NCBI RefSeq assembly: GCF_001194135.2
Contig: NC_068995.1
Coordinates: forward strand, 47,138,819 to 47,171,167
Origin: Octopus bimaculoides
Taxonomy: Eukaryota
DNA: 32,349 nt
Direction of reading: 5' to 3'
A program made the translations under genes and the position numbers. How positions within the stretch are numbered: the first letter of the stretch is position 1; each line of letters starts with the position of its first letter. Below, piece after piece: positions 10,791-22,144 of the stretch. The notes under the pieces were generated by a model. It was given only the letters and a program-made list of their open reading frames with translations. It ran no database searches and was not told the DNA's origin.

Positions 10791-11475
10791 TTTGTGCTTT
10801 TTGGTTTTGTTACCTTTTTTTTTTTTTTTTTTAATTTTTTTTTTTTGTAACTTACTTTTTATTGAGGATAGAAGACAGTGCCCATAATCTATTATGGCAC
10901 CTTCAAGACCATCAATAAGGAAGTGAGAACGATTTTCTAAAAGCTAAAGCTTGATCTGGATGCTTGCAACAGAAGAGATTCTGCCAAGAGCACCCTGAGC
11001 CTTTAGTGAAAGAGATGACTCTCTTAACAGGCGTTGAGACATGTCGGGTAGATGCAACCATGCCAAATTGATCCTTCCACAAGTGGGTAAACTAACACTA
11101 TTGTGAAAAGTTCCAGATTTGACCGTGAATTGAACCATTCTGTGTCATTGGAAACAATGCAGACATCGAATGACACCCCTGAGGGTCAATAAATAGACAT
11201 GGCTGGGTCATCATAGAATTTTTGAAATGCTCATTCTGGATGACAGCTATAGTCAGAACTACCTCAGGTGTTGACCTGACCATTTTTTTTCTTTTTTGTT
11301 ACTTGCAACATTTTCTGTTTGAGCTGCTTTGACTCACCAACTGATAAGTATAATGTCCGATTTATTCAGCTTATTTTTCGGGCACTTGATCATGTAAACT
11401 CTTATAGCTTGCTCAGCTGGTGTCAGCCAGGATTCAGTCACTAGTTGTACTAATCCTGACTGGATGGTATCTAGG

Positions 11476-11619
11476 CACTAGCGTAACTAGAGTGTGTGCT
11501 GCCCTTTCGTTTGACCCGACAAAAAAAAAAACACATATTGCCTACAACAGACCCAAAATTGGTGCTCCTTTAAAAGTTCCACCTAAGGTGAACCTCCCCA
11601 CTCCCCAGCTATGCTAGTG
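11476..11619. mobile_element. 144-bp MITE, probably hAT-type
   Basis: Imperfect TIRs cactagcgtaact / rc cactagcatagct; flanking 8-mers tatctagg (11468-11475) and catctatg (11620-11627) match at 6/8 positions, consistent with a decayed 8-bp TSD. Confidence 0.6.
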
Positions 11620-12661
11620 CATCTATGGAGTTAGGATGAGTCTACATCGACACATCTGGATGAGTTGATTGATGGGCTGTTAGATGACCCTCCCCCCACC
11701 AGGCTGCCTGGCACCATCCACATTAAAACCTATTTGTATTGGCTATGGAGACAAAATTGGGACAGGGTCTCTTTCAAGCACACAACTATGGTGAGAGCAT
11801 CAGTGGGGTTGCCCATGTAAAAAAAAACAGGGAAGGATAATCACCATTCAGTAAAGTGTTACTCAGAGGTATGGAACCTTAAACCGCATAGCTGCAAAGT
11901 GAACGTGTAAACTATGCAGCCACATCTGTCTATACCTGAATAAAAGATGACAAAATATTGTCATGGCTCACACATCTTGTAACACGTGTCTACTGATTCA
12001 AAGACCACCTATTGGGGTACCAGTTCATTTAACACTGGCACATGAACCTTGGTGGGGGGAGGGGGGTCAGGAGAGTCTATTTTGTTGCAGGAATTCAGGT
12101 TAGGTTTCCAGTGCTGTCAAATTATTGCTTCTCTCTCTACTACTCACCAGTCTTGTAGACTCCACAAACTGAAAAAGAAAAAAAAAAAAACTGGAATTAC
12201 TACAGTCCTTGCTCCCTTGGCTAACAAAAAAAAAAGCTAAAACAAACAACAGCAGAGACAACAACAACAGCAGCAACTACTACTACTACTACTACAGTGA
12301 CGAAGGACAGAGAGCAAAATTTTTATTCCAGTGCTTGTCTATGTCAGTTTGAATTAGGTAACAAAAGAGATATGCAACACAACCAAGACACTAAGATTTA
12401 TTTAATAAGTAACTTCTCTTGGAACATTATTCTCCACTTCATTTCATGCTACAGTAACTTGCATATATCTTTAATCGTTATTTCCCACCTGATTCCTTCC
12501 AATGTGAACCATTATTGGTTTACCAGATTCTAGTGCCAATCTTTATTTATCTCTGGAAACTACTATCATACCAAATTTTAAGAAATTCACACAAGTACAA
12601 TGATAAGATTCGATCCGATATTTGCTTCCTACTTTTTCTAGCTCAGTTCATGTAGCTTGTA

Positions 12662-12845
12662 AGGAGCTGAGCTGGCAGAATTGTTAGCATGCCGGGCAAA
12701 ATGTTTAGCGGTATTCCGTCTGTCTTCAAGTTCTGAGTTCAAATTCCACCGAGGTCGACTTTGCCTTTCATCCTTTCGGGGTCGATAAATTAAGTACCAG
12801 TTACACACTGTGATCAATGTAATCAACTTAATCCCTTTGTCTGTC
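12662..12845 (+). mobile_element. tRNA-derived SINE family 2 (central domain resembles the MetaSINE core as I recall it)
   Basis: Head gctgagctggcagaattgttagc, B box gagttcaaattcc at 12736, core gaggtcgactttgcctttcatcctttcggggtcgataaattaagtaccag; an inverted copy lies at 16380-16592. Confidence 0.8.
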
Positions 12846-12944
12846 CTTGTTTGTCCCCTCTGTTTAGCCCCTTGTTTGTCCCCTCTGTTTAGCCCCTTGT
12901 TTGTCCCCTCTGTTTAGCCCCTTGTTTGTCCCCTCTGTTTAGCC
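12846..12944 (+). repeat. 25-bp minisatellite (cttgtttgtcccctctgtttagccc) x4, running into a gap
   Basis: Identical units start at 12846, 12871, 12896 and 12921. Confidence 0.95.
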
Positions 12945-13224
12945 NNNNNNNNNNNNNNNNNNNNNNNNNNNNNNNNNNNNNNNNNNNNNNNNNNNNNNNN
13001 NNNNNNNNNNNNNNNNNNNNNNNNNNNNNNNNNNNNNNNNNNNNNNNNNNNNNNNNNNNNNNNNNNNNNNNNNNNNNNNNNNNNNNNNNNNNNNNNNNNN
13101 NNNNNNNNNNNNNNNNNNNNNNNNNNNNNNNNNNNNNNNNNNNNNNNNNNNNNNNNNNNNNNNNNNNNNNNNNNNNNNNNNNNNNNNNNNNNNNNNNNNN
13201 NNNNNNNNNNNNNNNNNNNNNNNN

Positions 13225-13287
<63 letters not shown>

Positions 13288-13532
13288 CTAGCAGTATAGC
13301 CCGGCTTTGCCGGGGATTAAGTTGGGATCATTAAGCTAATCAAGTTCTTTATTTCAAACCAAACTAAGTAAAATGACATCAAATTTGGACAGAATCAGTG
13401 TTGCAACTGGACCGCATGGGTTGGGAGTTTGATCGGCAGAGGTGATCAGGTTACACATGGCATCCCTTTGAAAACACCACCGCCGTCATCTAACCCCTCT
13501 TTTCCCATGGGTTAGGAACCCTTCCAGCAAGA
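13288..13532 (-). mobile_element. Non-autonomous Helitron-like element, 3' terminus
   Basis: On the minus strand a perfect 6-bp GC hairpin (cccggc-aaa-gccggg, 13300-13314) is followed 8 nt later by CTAG|T at 13288, the canonical Helitron 3' end. The 5' TC is tentative at 13532. Confidence 0.55.
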
Positions 13533-13575
13533 TATATACATACATACACATATGTATGTATATACATATATATAT

Positions 13576-13607
<32 letters not shown>

Positions 13608-13790
13608 ACATACATATATATATATATATATACATATATACATACAAATATATATATACATACANNNNNNNNNNACATACAAATATATATATACATACAC
13701 ATATATATATATACATACACATATATATATATACATACAAATATATATATATATGCATATATATATATATATAATATATGTACATATATC
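13533..13790. repeat. (TA/CATA)n tract with a 10-N gap
   Basis: Directly visible. Confidence 0.9.
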
Positions 13791-15184
13791 CATAGGAATA
13801 AATAAAAAAAAGTTTAACAGATTCAAAGCATTTGCATACACATGCACACATACATACTCAAATACATACATATGTACAGATGCACATTCAAACATATGTC
13901 AATGAGCATTTCATAAGTTAGAAGAGATGAGGATGCTCATTTTAAGCTAGTAAGGCAGATATTTTATTTAGACAGCAATATAAATTGAACTCCATATAAA
14001 GCCAAAAGTTACAGGAGAGTTTCATAAATAATTCAGCTTCCCTGCATGGGCAGAATAATTCAATTACATCAGGCATGTCAGTCAGAAATGCTTAGCTTAA
14101 ACTCTTTTGCACAGAAAGTTTGGTTAAAAAAATATACCTGGTCAACAAGCTGCAGAGTATAGATTACACAAGAGAGAACAGAAGAAAAATATCAGAAAGA
14201 TAGAAATGCGAAAACTCCATCCCCTGCCTACATGAGCAGGTATATATTTTGGCTAATTAATGAAATCCGGCTCTTTCGAAGGAATGACCGGTGTTTGCGT
14301 TTTTTTGCCATTAGCTTTGTCATGTATCCTTTAACAGGAGGGTGGGGATTAAATTTGATCCTAGTACTATGTTATTAACTATAACCAATACGAACTTTCC
14401 AAGTTACAGTGCTGTATCGGACGCTGACACTCGTTGATGCTGCATCGAAGAGGCCAGGGAATAGAAGAAAGAAGAGAAGCATGCACCCAACACCAGAGCT
14501 GAAGACACCTCCAAAAGGGGGGGGGCGCCACGTCAAAACGGTAGAGGAGTAGGGGCCGAAACCGGACGTGGCTCCTCCTGATGATGTCTTGAGCTAACTG
14601 GATCCTATAAAGGAGCTGTTGTGGTAGCAGACCACGAAACATGGTTGAAATTCCTTTACAGGGGTTGGCATGGCCATGCAGTTCCTCCCCTCTAGATCCT
14701 ACCAACCTCAGAGACTCCTTTTAAAAATTATTGATCAATGCCTTACCTCCTCATCTAGACCCCCATCAACCTAGAAAGCTCCTTTTAAGGGCTTGGGTGC
14801 TATCATTCCTTCTTTAAAATGAAGTCATAAAAAGAATAAATGCAAGGAAATAATTATTTTTGTTTATCCTCACAGCAATCTCTCCATTCTCTCTCTTTTT
14901 TTTTTTCCCCCTTATTCTTTTATATGATATAAGGATTTCTATATGTTAAAAACGTATCCCCTGCAGATAAAAACTAAACCATTTTTATTTCTTTGCAGAA
15001 ATAAGTTTTCTCTATCATATATTATTTTTTTTTTTTATGTCTCAAATGCCATAATTGAAAAAAAAAAAAAACCTGTCATCCGTGCACTTCCACCTCTCTC
15101 TTCTCTCCATCTCCCACTCTTCCACTGCTTCTTAATTTCTTTCCGTCCTCTCTCTGTTTATTCTCTTCTGTATTTCTTCTTTTA

Positions 15185-15432
15185 TTATCATCATCATCAT
15201 CATTGTCGTCGTCATCATCATCATTATCATCATAAGCATGATGATCATGATGATCATTGCGATCATCATCATGGTCGTCGTCATCACCATCACCACCACC
15301 ATCATCATCATCATTATTATCATCTTCGTCATCACCACCACCACCACCCCCCATCATCATCATTATCATCATCATGGTCGCCATCATCACCACCACCACC
15401 ACCCCCATCATCATCATCATCACCATCTTCAT
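15185..15432. repeat. (CAT/CAC)n tract
   Basis: Directly visible. Confidence 0.9.
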
Positions 15433-15775
15433 TGGTCAGCTGCCAGAGTTGTTAGTGCTCTGGACAAAATGCTTTGTGGCATTTCTTCTGGTTCTTTATG
15501 GACTTGCGGTCACGGGATCGCAGGTTCGAATCTCAGACCGGGCAATGTGTGTGTTTATGAGCGAAACACCTAAGCTCCACGCAGCTCCTGCAGAAGGTAA
15601 TGGTGAACTTCTGCTGACTCTTTTGCCACAACTTTCTTTCAATCTTTCCTCCTGCATCTTGCAGCTCACCTGCGACGGACCAGTGTTCTTGTCCAGGTGG
15701 GGAACCTATATGCCAAGGAAACCAGGAAACTGGTCCTTATGAGCCAGACATGGCTTGAGAAGGAACAAACAACAA
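15433..15775 (+). mobile_element. Composite SINE: family 2 head joined to a third SINE family with a V-domain-like motif
   Basis: 15433-15498 resembles 12665-12730. It continues ggacttgcggtcacgggatcgcaGGTTCGAATC (B box 15523), cctgcgacggaccagtgttcttgtccagg (15669-15697) and an (AAC)n tail. Confidence 0.7.
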
Positions 15776-15779
15776 TACT

Positions 15780-16345
15780 GTTCCAAAGATATATCGAAAT
15801 GAGAGTTGAAGCAAAAGCCATTAGAATTCTAAGAGTAAAAGGAACCATACCACCAGAAAAGCAAGCCCTCTTTCTTCTTATTCCGGTAAAGATTTAGGAA
15901 GTAGTGAAATCAATAACAGAAATTTTATAAGGTTATTTAGTCTGACCCCTTGGTCTTTTTATACAATGTTCGATACCATTAATTCTAAGAACGGTGTATG
16001 TTCAGTGTGTCATAGAAAGTATGCAGCATAAAATCAATAATTTCGCATTTTGGAATGGCTGGAAGCTATTCACGTGAAGAATACAGATCAAAGCGAGACA
16101 TGTCTTAGCACAATCAGTTTTATAGGCTTAGACAGAATATTTCGATGAATATGGAAATTTAGAATATGGAACCTTGGGCCATAGAACAACGAGAACAAGG
16201 AAGACAGCGGAAAATAAAGTGATGTCGTCACCTGATAAGGACAACACCATGTAAAGGAGAGGTCCTGGTGATGATTTACTAATAGTTGTGGAACATAAGA
16301 AAACTATAAATGCTTAGGTATGATTATAAATTTGATTTTGGAAGG
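15780..16345 (+). mobile_element. Old dispersed repeat, copy 1; probable R4/Dong-like LINE 3' region
   Basis: Shares blocks (taccattaattctaagaa, gaaagtatgcagcataaaatcaat, gaaaactataaat) with 18183-18740 and 19440-20006. Frameshifted CSVC..ESMQH..EYRSKR..PGDDLLIV resembles CCHC followed by the RLE PD motif. Confidence 0.5.
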
Positions 16346-16379
16346 AAACTAAAAGAAAAGATAACAATAATAATAATCC

Positions 16380-16592
16380 TTTCTATTATAGGCACAAGGC
16401 CTGAAATTTGGGGAGGGGGGGCCTGTCAATTACATCGACCCCCAGTGTTTCACTGGTACGTATTTCGTTGACTCTCGAAGGATGAAAACCAAAGTCGACC
16501 TTGATGGAATTTGAACTTGGAACATAAAGACAATTGAAATGCCATTAAGCATTCTGCCTGGTGTGCTAACGACTCTGCCAGCTCGCCACCTT
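16380..16592 (-). mobile_element. SINE family 2
   Basis: Reverse complement of the 12662-12845 head and core. Confidence 0.85.
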
Positions 16593-16610
16593 AATAATAA
16601 TAATAATAAT

Positions 16611-16956
16611 ACTTTTTACTCTTTTACTTGTTTCAGTCATTTGACTGTGGCCATGCTGGAGCATCGCCTTTAGTCGAGCAAATCGACCCCAGGACTTATT
16701 CTTTGTAAGCCTAGTACTTATTCTATCGGTGTCTTTTGCCGAACTGCAAAAGTTACGGAGACGTAAACACACCAGCATCGGTTGTCAAGCTATGTTGTGG
16801 GGACAAACACAGACACACAAACACACACGTACAACAGGCAACAACAGACATCCAGACAGTTAGATGATACAAAAAGGGACAAGAAAAAACAAAGATGGGT
16901 CATTCAGAGTCTTCTTTCATCAGTTGAGTTCCAGATTATCTTTTCAGTTTTGGCTG

Positions 16957-16995
<39 letters not shown>

Positions 16996-17161
16996 CAAAC
17001 TTCTTTCAGTTTCTATCTACCAAATCCACTCACATGGTTTTGGTTGGTTGTGGGGTGGGGCTTTTGTAGAAGACACTTGCCTATGGTACCATACAGTAGG
17101 ACTGAACCCAGAACCACATGGTTGGGAAGCTAGCTTCTTACCACATAGCTATGCCTGCGCC
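16611..17161 (-). mobile_element. SINE family 1 interrupted by about 130 bp of extra sequence plus (TA)n
   Basis: 16611-16828 and 16993-17161 match the two halves of 5270-5657. Confidence 0.85.
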
Positions 17162-17494
17162 TATACATGTATCTGTGGCTTGTAAGTGTATTGAAGGATT
17201 AACATTTTTCAGGTGCAACACAAGGCAATACCTTATGAGATATAAACATACGAAATTCTAAGGAATTTAAAAAATTTAGTTCTTGATTTTGGAATATAAG
17301 TGTATTAACAAATAACATGTGTAATAATGATGGATTGCAACTGAACTGATGGATTATGGTTATAATCCCAGTTTAATCTTATACAAATGTATTATACATA
17401 TAATTTGAGGTTATAATGTATCCAGGGGATTGCACAAGTGCTGTAGTGGATAATGAATGTACATGCTTCCGGATTATGATTGTGTTTCATCTCA

Positions 17495-17955
17495 TTGTCT
17501 TTGTCATCATCATCATCATCATCATCGTCATCATCACAATCACCGTTATCGTTATTATCATATTCGTAGTCGTCATCATCATCATCCTCATTATCACCAT
17601 CATCATCCATTATTATCATCAGTATTCTCCTTCTCCTCTTCCACATCATCATTATTATCCATCATCATCGTCATAATCATCATCAACTATCATCATTATC
17701 GTTCTCCTCCTTTTCCCCTCCTCGTCATCATCATCATCCATCATTATCATCATCAGCATTCTCCTTCTCCTCCCCCTCTGCATCATCATCATTCTCCTTC
17801 TTCTCCCCCTCTGCATCATCATCATTCTCCCCTTTCTATTCCTCCTCCTCATCATCATCTATCATCATTATCATTCTCTACCTCTTCCTCCTCTTGATCA
17901 TCACCATCATCCATCATCATCATTCTTCTCCTTCCTCCTCATCATCGTCGTCACC
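17495..17955. repeat. (CAT/CCT)n tract
   Basis: Directly visible. Confidence 0.9.
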
Positions 17956-18151
17956 ACTGCATGACAACTGGTATTGGTGTGTTAACATCGCCATAGCTTA
18001 GCAGTTTGGCAAAAGAAGCTGACAGAATATGTACCAGGCTTAAAAACTATATACAAGTACTAGGGTTGATTCCTCTAACTTAAAGTTCTTCAAGGTGGTG
18101 TCCCAGCATGGCCTCATTAAAACGATTGAAGTAAAAGACAGAAGATAAAAG
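17953..18151 (+). mobile_element. SINE family 1 3' half, diverged
   Basis: tgacaactggtattggtgtgtt..ggcaaaagaagctgacagaat..caaggtggtgtcccagcatggcc. Confidence 0.75.
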
Positions 18152-18182
18152 ATCTATTATTTACAAACGTAGGAAAGTTATT

Positions 18183-18740
18183 ATGGCATTAACCTAAATC
18201 TTGAATCTTGGACAGTGAAGGAATATATCAAGATGCTAATTGTAGCAAAAGTTCTGAGAACTCTTAAATTTTTTCAAAAAAATCGTGTCACTGGAAAACC
18301 AAACTCTCTGTCATTTCGGATAAAGATTTAGGAAGCATAAAAATCAATAAAAAAAAATTTTTTCTAGGTTGTTTAGTTCGACCTCTTTGTTTTTCATGTT
18401 ATGTTCAATACCATTAATTCTAAGAATGATATATGTTAGGTGTATGCCATGGAAAGTATGCAGCATAAAATCAATGATTTCTTCAAAATAACTGGAAGCT
18501 ATTCACAAAAGAACACTGATGTATGAGATTGATGTTTTAGTACAAAGATATTTTTATGGATTTACAGAATATATTTCAAAGAAGTTTGGAATTTAAAATC
18601 TAAGGGTGCTTACAAAGATTGAAAGGAAAATAGCAGGAAATAATGGGATATAATTTACCTTATAAAGACAGCATTATAAAAGAGATCAGAATTGGTGAGC
18701 TATAAATATTTGTATATCATAAGAAAACTATAAATACTTA
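18183..18740 (+). mobile_element. Old dispersed repeat, copy 2 (probable R4/Dong-like LINE remnant)
   Basis: Aligns by eye with copy 1 and with the reverse complement of 19440-20006. Confidence 0.6.
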
Positions 18741-19038
18741 AACAGGATAACTAACACAAAGGAAATAAACAAGCACAGTTAGTGAACCTGCAAGAAATAC
18801 GAACCAAATTTTTACTGAAATCCCCAACTTGTCATAAAATGTAATGTTATAATGTAATGTTCTTGAGAAATAAGTTGATATGGTCAAGAAACAGGGAAGG
18901 GAAAAGCAGGTTCTGAAAGCCATCATCTGTTTAATGGAACACTTCTGGACATGACAACAAAGGTTCCCCTAGGGCACTGTTTAATCTCCTAGAAGAAATA
19001 GTGGCAAAATTCTCTTCAAATCTCAAAGCCTATTCTCT

Positions 19039-19270
19039 TTAAACCTTGTGGCGTCAACCCACCTGAGATCTACTTCTGGTTCTATGGTATAAACTTACTG
19101 TTTTGAAAGGATTTAAAATAAAACTTTTCGTCAAAATTTCCTGTTAATCTCTCTCCCAAACGCCCAGCTTAATGAGGACAAAATCATTTTATTCAGTTCT
19201 TTCTTATTTTCGGTCTTAAGTGATACAAAACTAGTTTATCTCAATAGAAATACAGTAACAAAAGGATTAA
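19039..19270. mobile_element. TTAA-flanked (piggyBac-type) MITE, degenerate TIRs
   Basis: TTAA at 19039-19042 and 19267-19270 with ttaaacctt / aaggattaa ends; the body resembles a common Octopus repeat as I recall it. Confidence 0.6.
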
Positions 19271-19439
19271 GTCAGAAAAAGGGCTATTTTGGATAATGTA
19301 ACTTTAGATACATGAGACGGGATTGCACCAACTAGAAGTCCTTTGATTATTGGTGTGTTACTTCACAGTGCTCCAGAACTAAGCAATAACAACAACTGCA
19401 ATACAACTTCACATGGTTCACTTCATTTGACCGATTCCA

Positions 19440-20006
19440 TCCTCTTATCTCAGATTTCTAATCTTACTTTAGCATTTATAGTTTTCATCTGTCACACGTG
19501 TATTTATAGGCCAATAATTTCTATCTCTTTTATAATGTTCTCCTTATCAAGTAATTATATCACTTTATTTTCCCCTCTTTCCATTGTTAAAAATCCCTAG
19601 ATTTTAAATTCCAAAACTTCATTGAGATCTCATATCTAAACCTGTTAAACTCATTCTATGAAGATGTGTCTCTTTCTTTGATCTACGTTTTTCTGTGAAT
19701 AGCTTCCAGTCATTTATAAGAAATCATTGATTTTATACTGCGTACTTTCCATGACATACCTAACATACACCATTCTTAGAATTAATGGTATTGAACATAG
19801 CATGAAAGACAAAGAGGTCGAACTAAACAACCTAGAAAATTTCTTTTATTGATTTCTATACTTCTGAAATCATTATCAGAATAGAGAGTTTGGTTTTCCT
19901 GTGGCACATTTTCTTTGACTATCAGAATTCTTTATAATTTTTGCTACAGCTAGCATCTCAATATATTCCTTGACTATCCAAGATTAAAGATTTAGATTAA
20001 TGCCAT
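19440..20006 (-). mobile_element. Old dispersed repeat, copy 3 (inverted relative to copy 2)
   Basis: The reverse complement matches 18183-18740 end to end. Confidence 0.65.
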
Positions 20007-20397
20007 TGCATGTTTTCCTTGACTATAAATAATAATTTTCACAATCTCTATGATGATCTCTTGTGCTGGTATCTCATTTATAACAGTGCTTATATCACAT
20101 CACAACGATTTTAATCCTCAAATACACTTACACTTAAAAGCCAGGAGAAGCATTCCATATGCTAAAAATAGTAGCTTGCCCACCTTCAAATCAAAATTTT
20201 ACTGTCGTAGGAAAGAAAGGACACATTTGAAAAGAAGAGACGAGATGATCTCAATGAAATACACTTAGTTATAGTTCCATTTCGTCAGGATTGACCTTCA
20301 CCAATGCACACTCACCCACACATACATCCTCCACACACACCTTCTCCTCGACTTATAATTGAGTTCCATTCCAGCTGACAGATCATATATATATATA

Positions 20398-20530
20398 TTG
20401 TTTCAGTCATTTGACTGTGGCCACACTGGACCACTGCCTTTAGTCGAGCAAATCGACCCCAGGACTTATTTTTTGTAAGCCTAGTACTTGTTCTATTAGT
20501 GACTTTTGCCGAACCACTAAGTTACGGGGC
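20398..20530 (-). mobile_element. SINE family 1 3' part running into (CA)n and a gap
   Basis: Matches 5281-5410. Confidence 0.85.
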
Positions 20531-21090
20531 CGCACACACACACACACACACACACACACANNNNNNNNNNNNNNNNNNNNNNNNNNNNNNNNNNNNNNNN
20601 NNNNNNNNNNNNNNNNNNNNNNNNNNNNNNNNNNNNNNNNNNNNNNNNNNNNNNNNNNNNNNNNNNNNNNNNNNNNNNNNNNNNNNNNNNNNNNNNNNNN
20701 NNNNNNNNNNNNNNNNNNNNNNNNNNNNNNNNNNNNNNNNNNNNNNNNNNNNNNNNNNNNNNNNNNNNNNNNNNNNNNNNNNNNNNNNNNNNNNNNNNNN
20801 NNNNNNNNNNNNNNNNNNNNNNNNNNNNNNNNNNNNNNNNNNNNNNNNNNNNNNNNNNNNNNNNNNNNNNNNNNNNNNNNNNNNNNNNNNNNNNNNNNNN
20901 NNNNNNNNNNNNNNNNNNNNNNNNNNNNNNNNNNNNNNNNNNNNNNNNNNNNNNNNNNNNNNNNNNNNNNNNNNNNNNNNNNNNNNNNNNNNNNNNNNNN
21001 NNNNNNNNNNNNNNNNNNNNNNNNNNNNNNNNNNNNNNNNNNNNNNNNNNNTATATATATATATATATATATATATATGCATGTATCTAT

Positions 21091-21196
21091 CATCTTCATC
21101 ATCATCATTGTTTAACGTCCGTTTTCCATGCTGGCATGGGTTGGATGGTTCGACTGCGGTTTGGGAAGCCAGGAGGCTGCACCAGGCTCCAGTCTG
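21091..21196 (-). mobile_element. RTE-type 3' tail fragment
   Basis: catcatcattgtttaacgtccgttttccatgctggcatgggttgg..caccaggctcc. Confidence 0.8.
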
Positions 21197-22144
21197 TATA
21201 CATATATACATATATGCATATATAACTGTGCATACATATGCATATATATATATATATATGTATATGTATTGTTATTGTGCAGTATTGTAAATGTTGCCGC
21301 TATGTCTAGGCTCTTCTACGAGTGGCTGAGCATGTATGTATTTGCAGGGAAGGTGTGTGGGTGAAGGTGGAATCAATGTGTGTGGGATTGTCTCTGTTAA
21401 CCTTCACAGTTTTCTTGTTGCTAATGTTGATGCTACAGGCCCCATTACGTTCTAACTCCTGCACCACCACCCCAACATCTATCAATTGCACACACACACA
21501 CACCCAAACACATACACACACATATCGGTTAAAATTCCAAGTTTACATGTACCTATAGGAAATGTAATTATCACTTTTGTTATTGCTGGATTTGTAATTG
21601 ATATATATATTGATGTTGTTGGTAGGGTGGTGGTGGTGGTGGTGTGGTGTGGTGTGGTGTGGTGTGGTGTGGTGTGGGGGGAAAAGTTTTGGTATTGGTG
21701 GTGGTGGTCATCAATTGACTTAATATTGGTTGCTATTTTCGTTCTATCTTAAACAAATGTCTGCTGCATCATCGACTACAAAAGTCAACTTCCATGTTAA
21801 AATATTTTTATATTTCACACGGATATACATATGCGTGTATATAGATATGTATATAACTGTACATACATACATGATCTGCACACATGCACACAAACAAACA
21901 AAAAGGAACGCAGTGTAAATAACAGACAGTCAAGGCTATTGAACAGGTTGCAAGACGCAACAAAAATTTTAGGAAAATAAAAATAAGAAATAAGTGGAAA
22001 TTATACCAGTGAGTGTGTTAAATTTTATGGCACAATAAGAAAATGACTCTCCCCAGACACAGAAGAATATGCTTCAACACACGAACTCACATAAAGAATC
22101 TTGCAAAACGAAATATACCGAACTAAATTCGATGACTAGCACCC

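Noticed and set aside
10870-11060. Plus-strand IIYYGT..KLKLDLDACN resembling an RTE ORF2 C-terminus
   Set aside because: Multiple stops and only vague similarity; cannot be distinguished from chance by eye.
12846-12944. Regular 25-bp repeats as a possible CRISPR array
   Set aside because: Head-to-tail with no spacers, inside a eukaryotic SINE.
14403-14550. Open frame containing RRKKRS (furin-like site)
   Set aside because: Short, bounded by stops, no supporting exon structure; more simply part of the GC-rich island.
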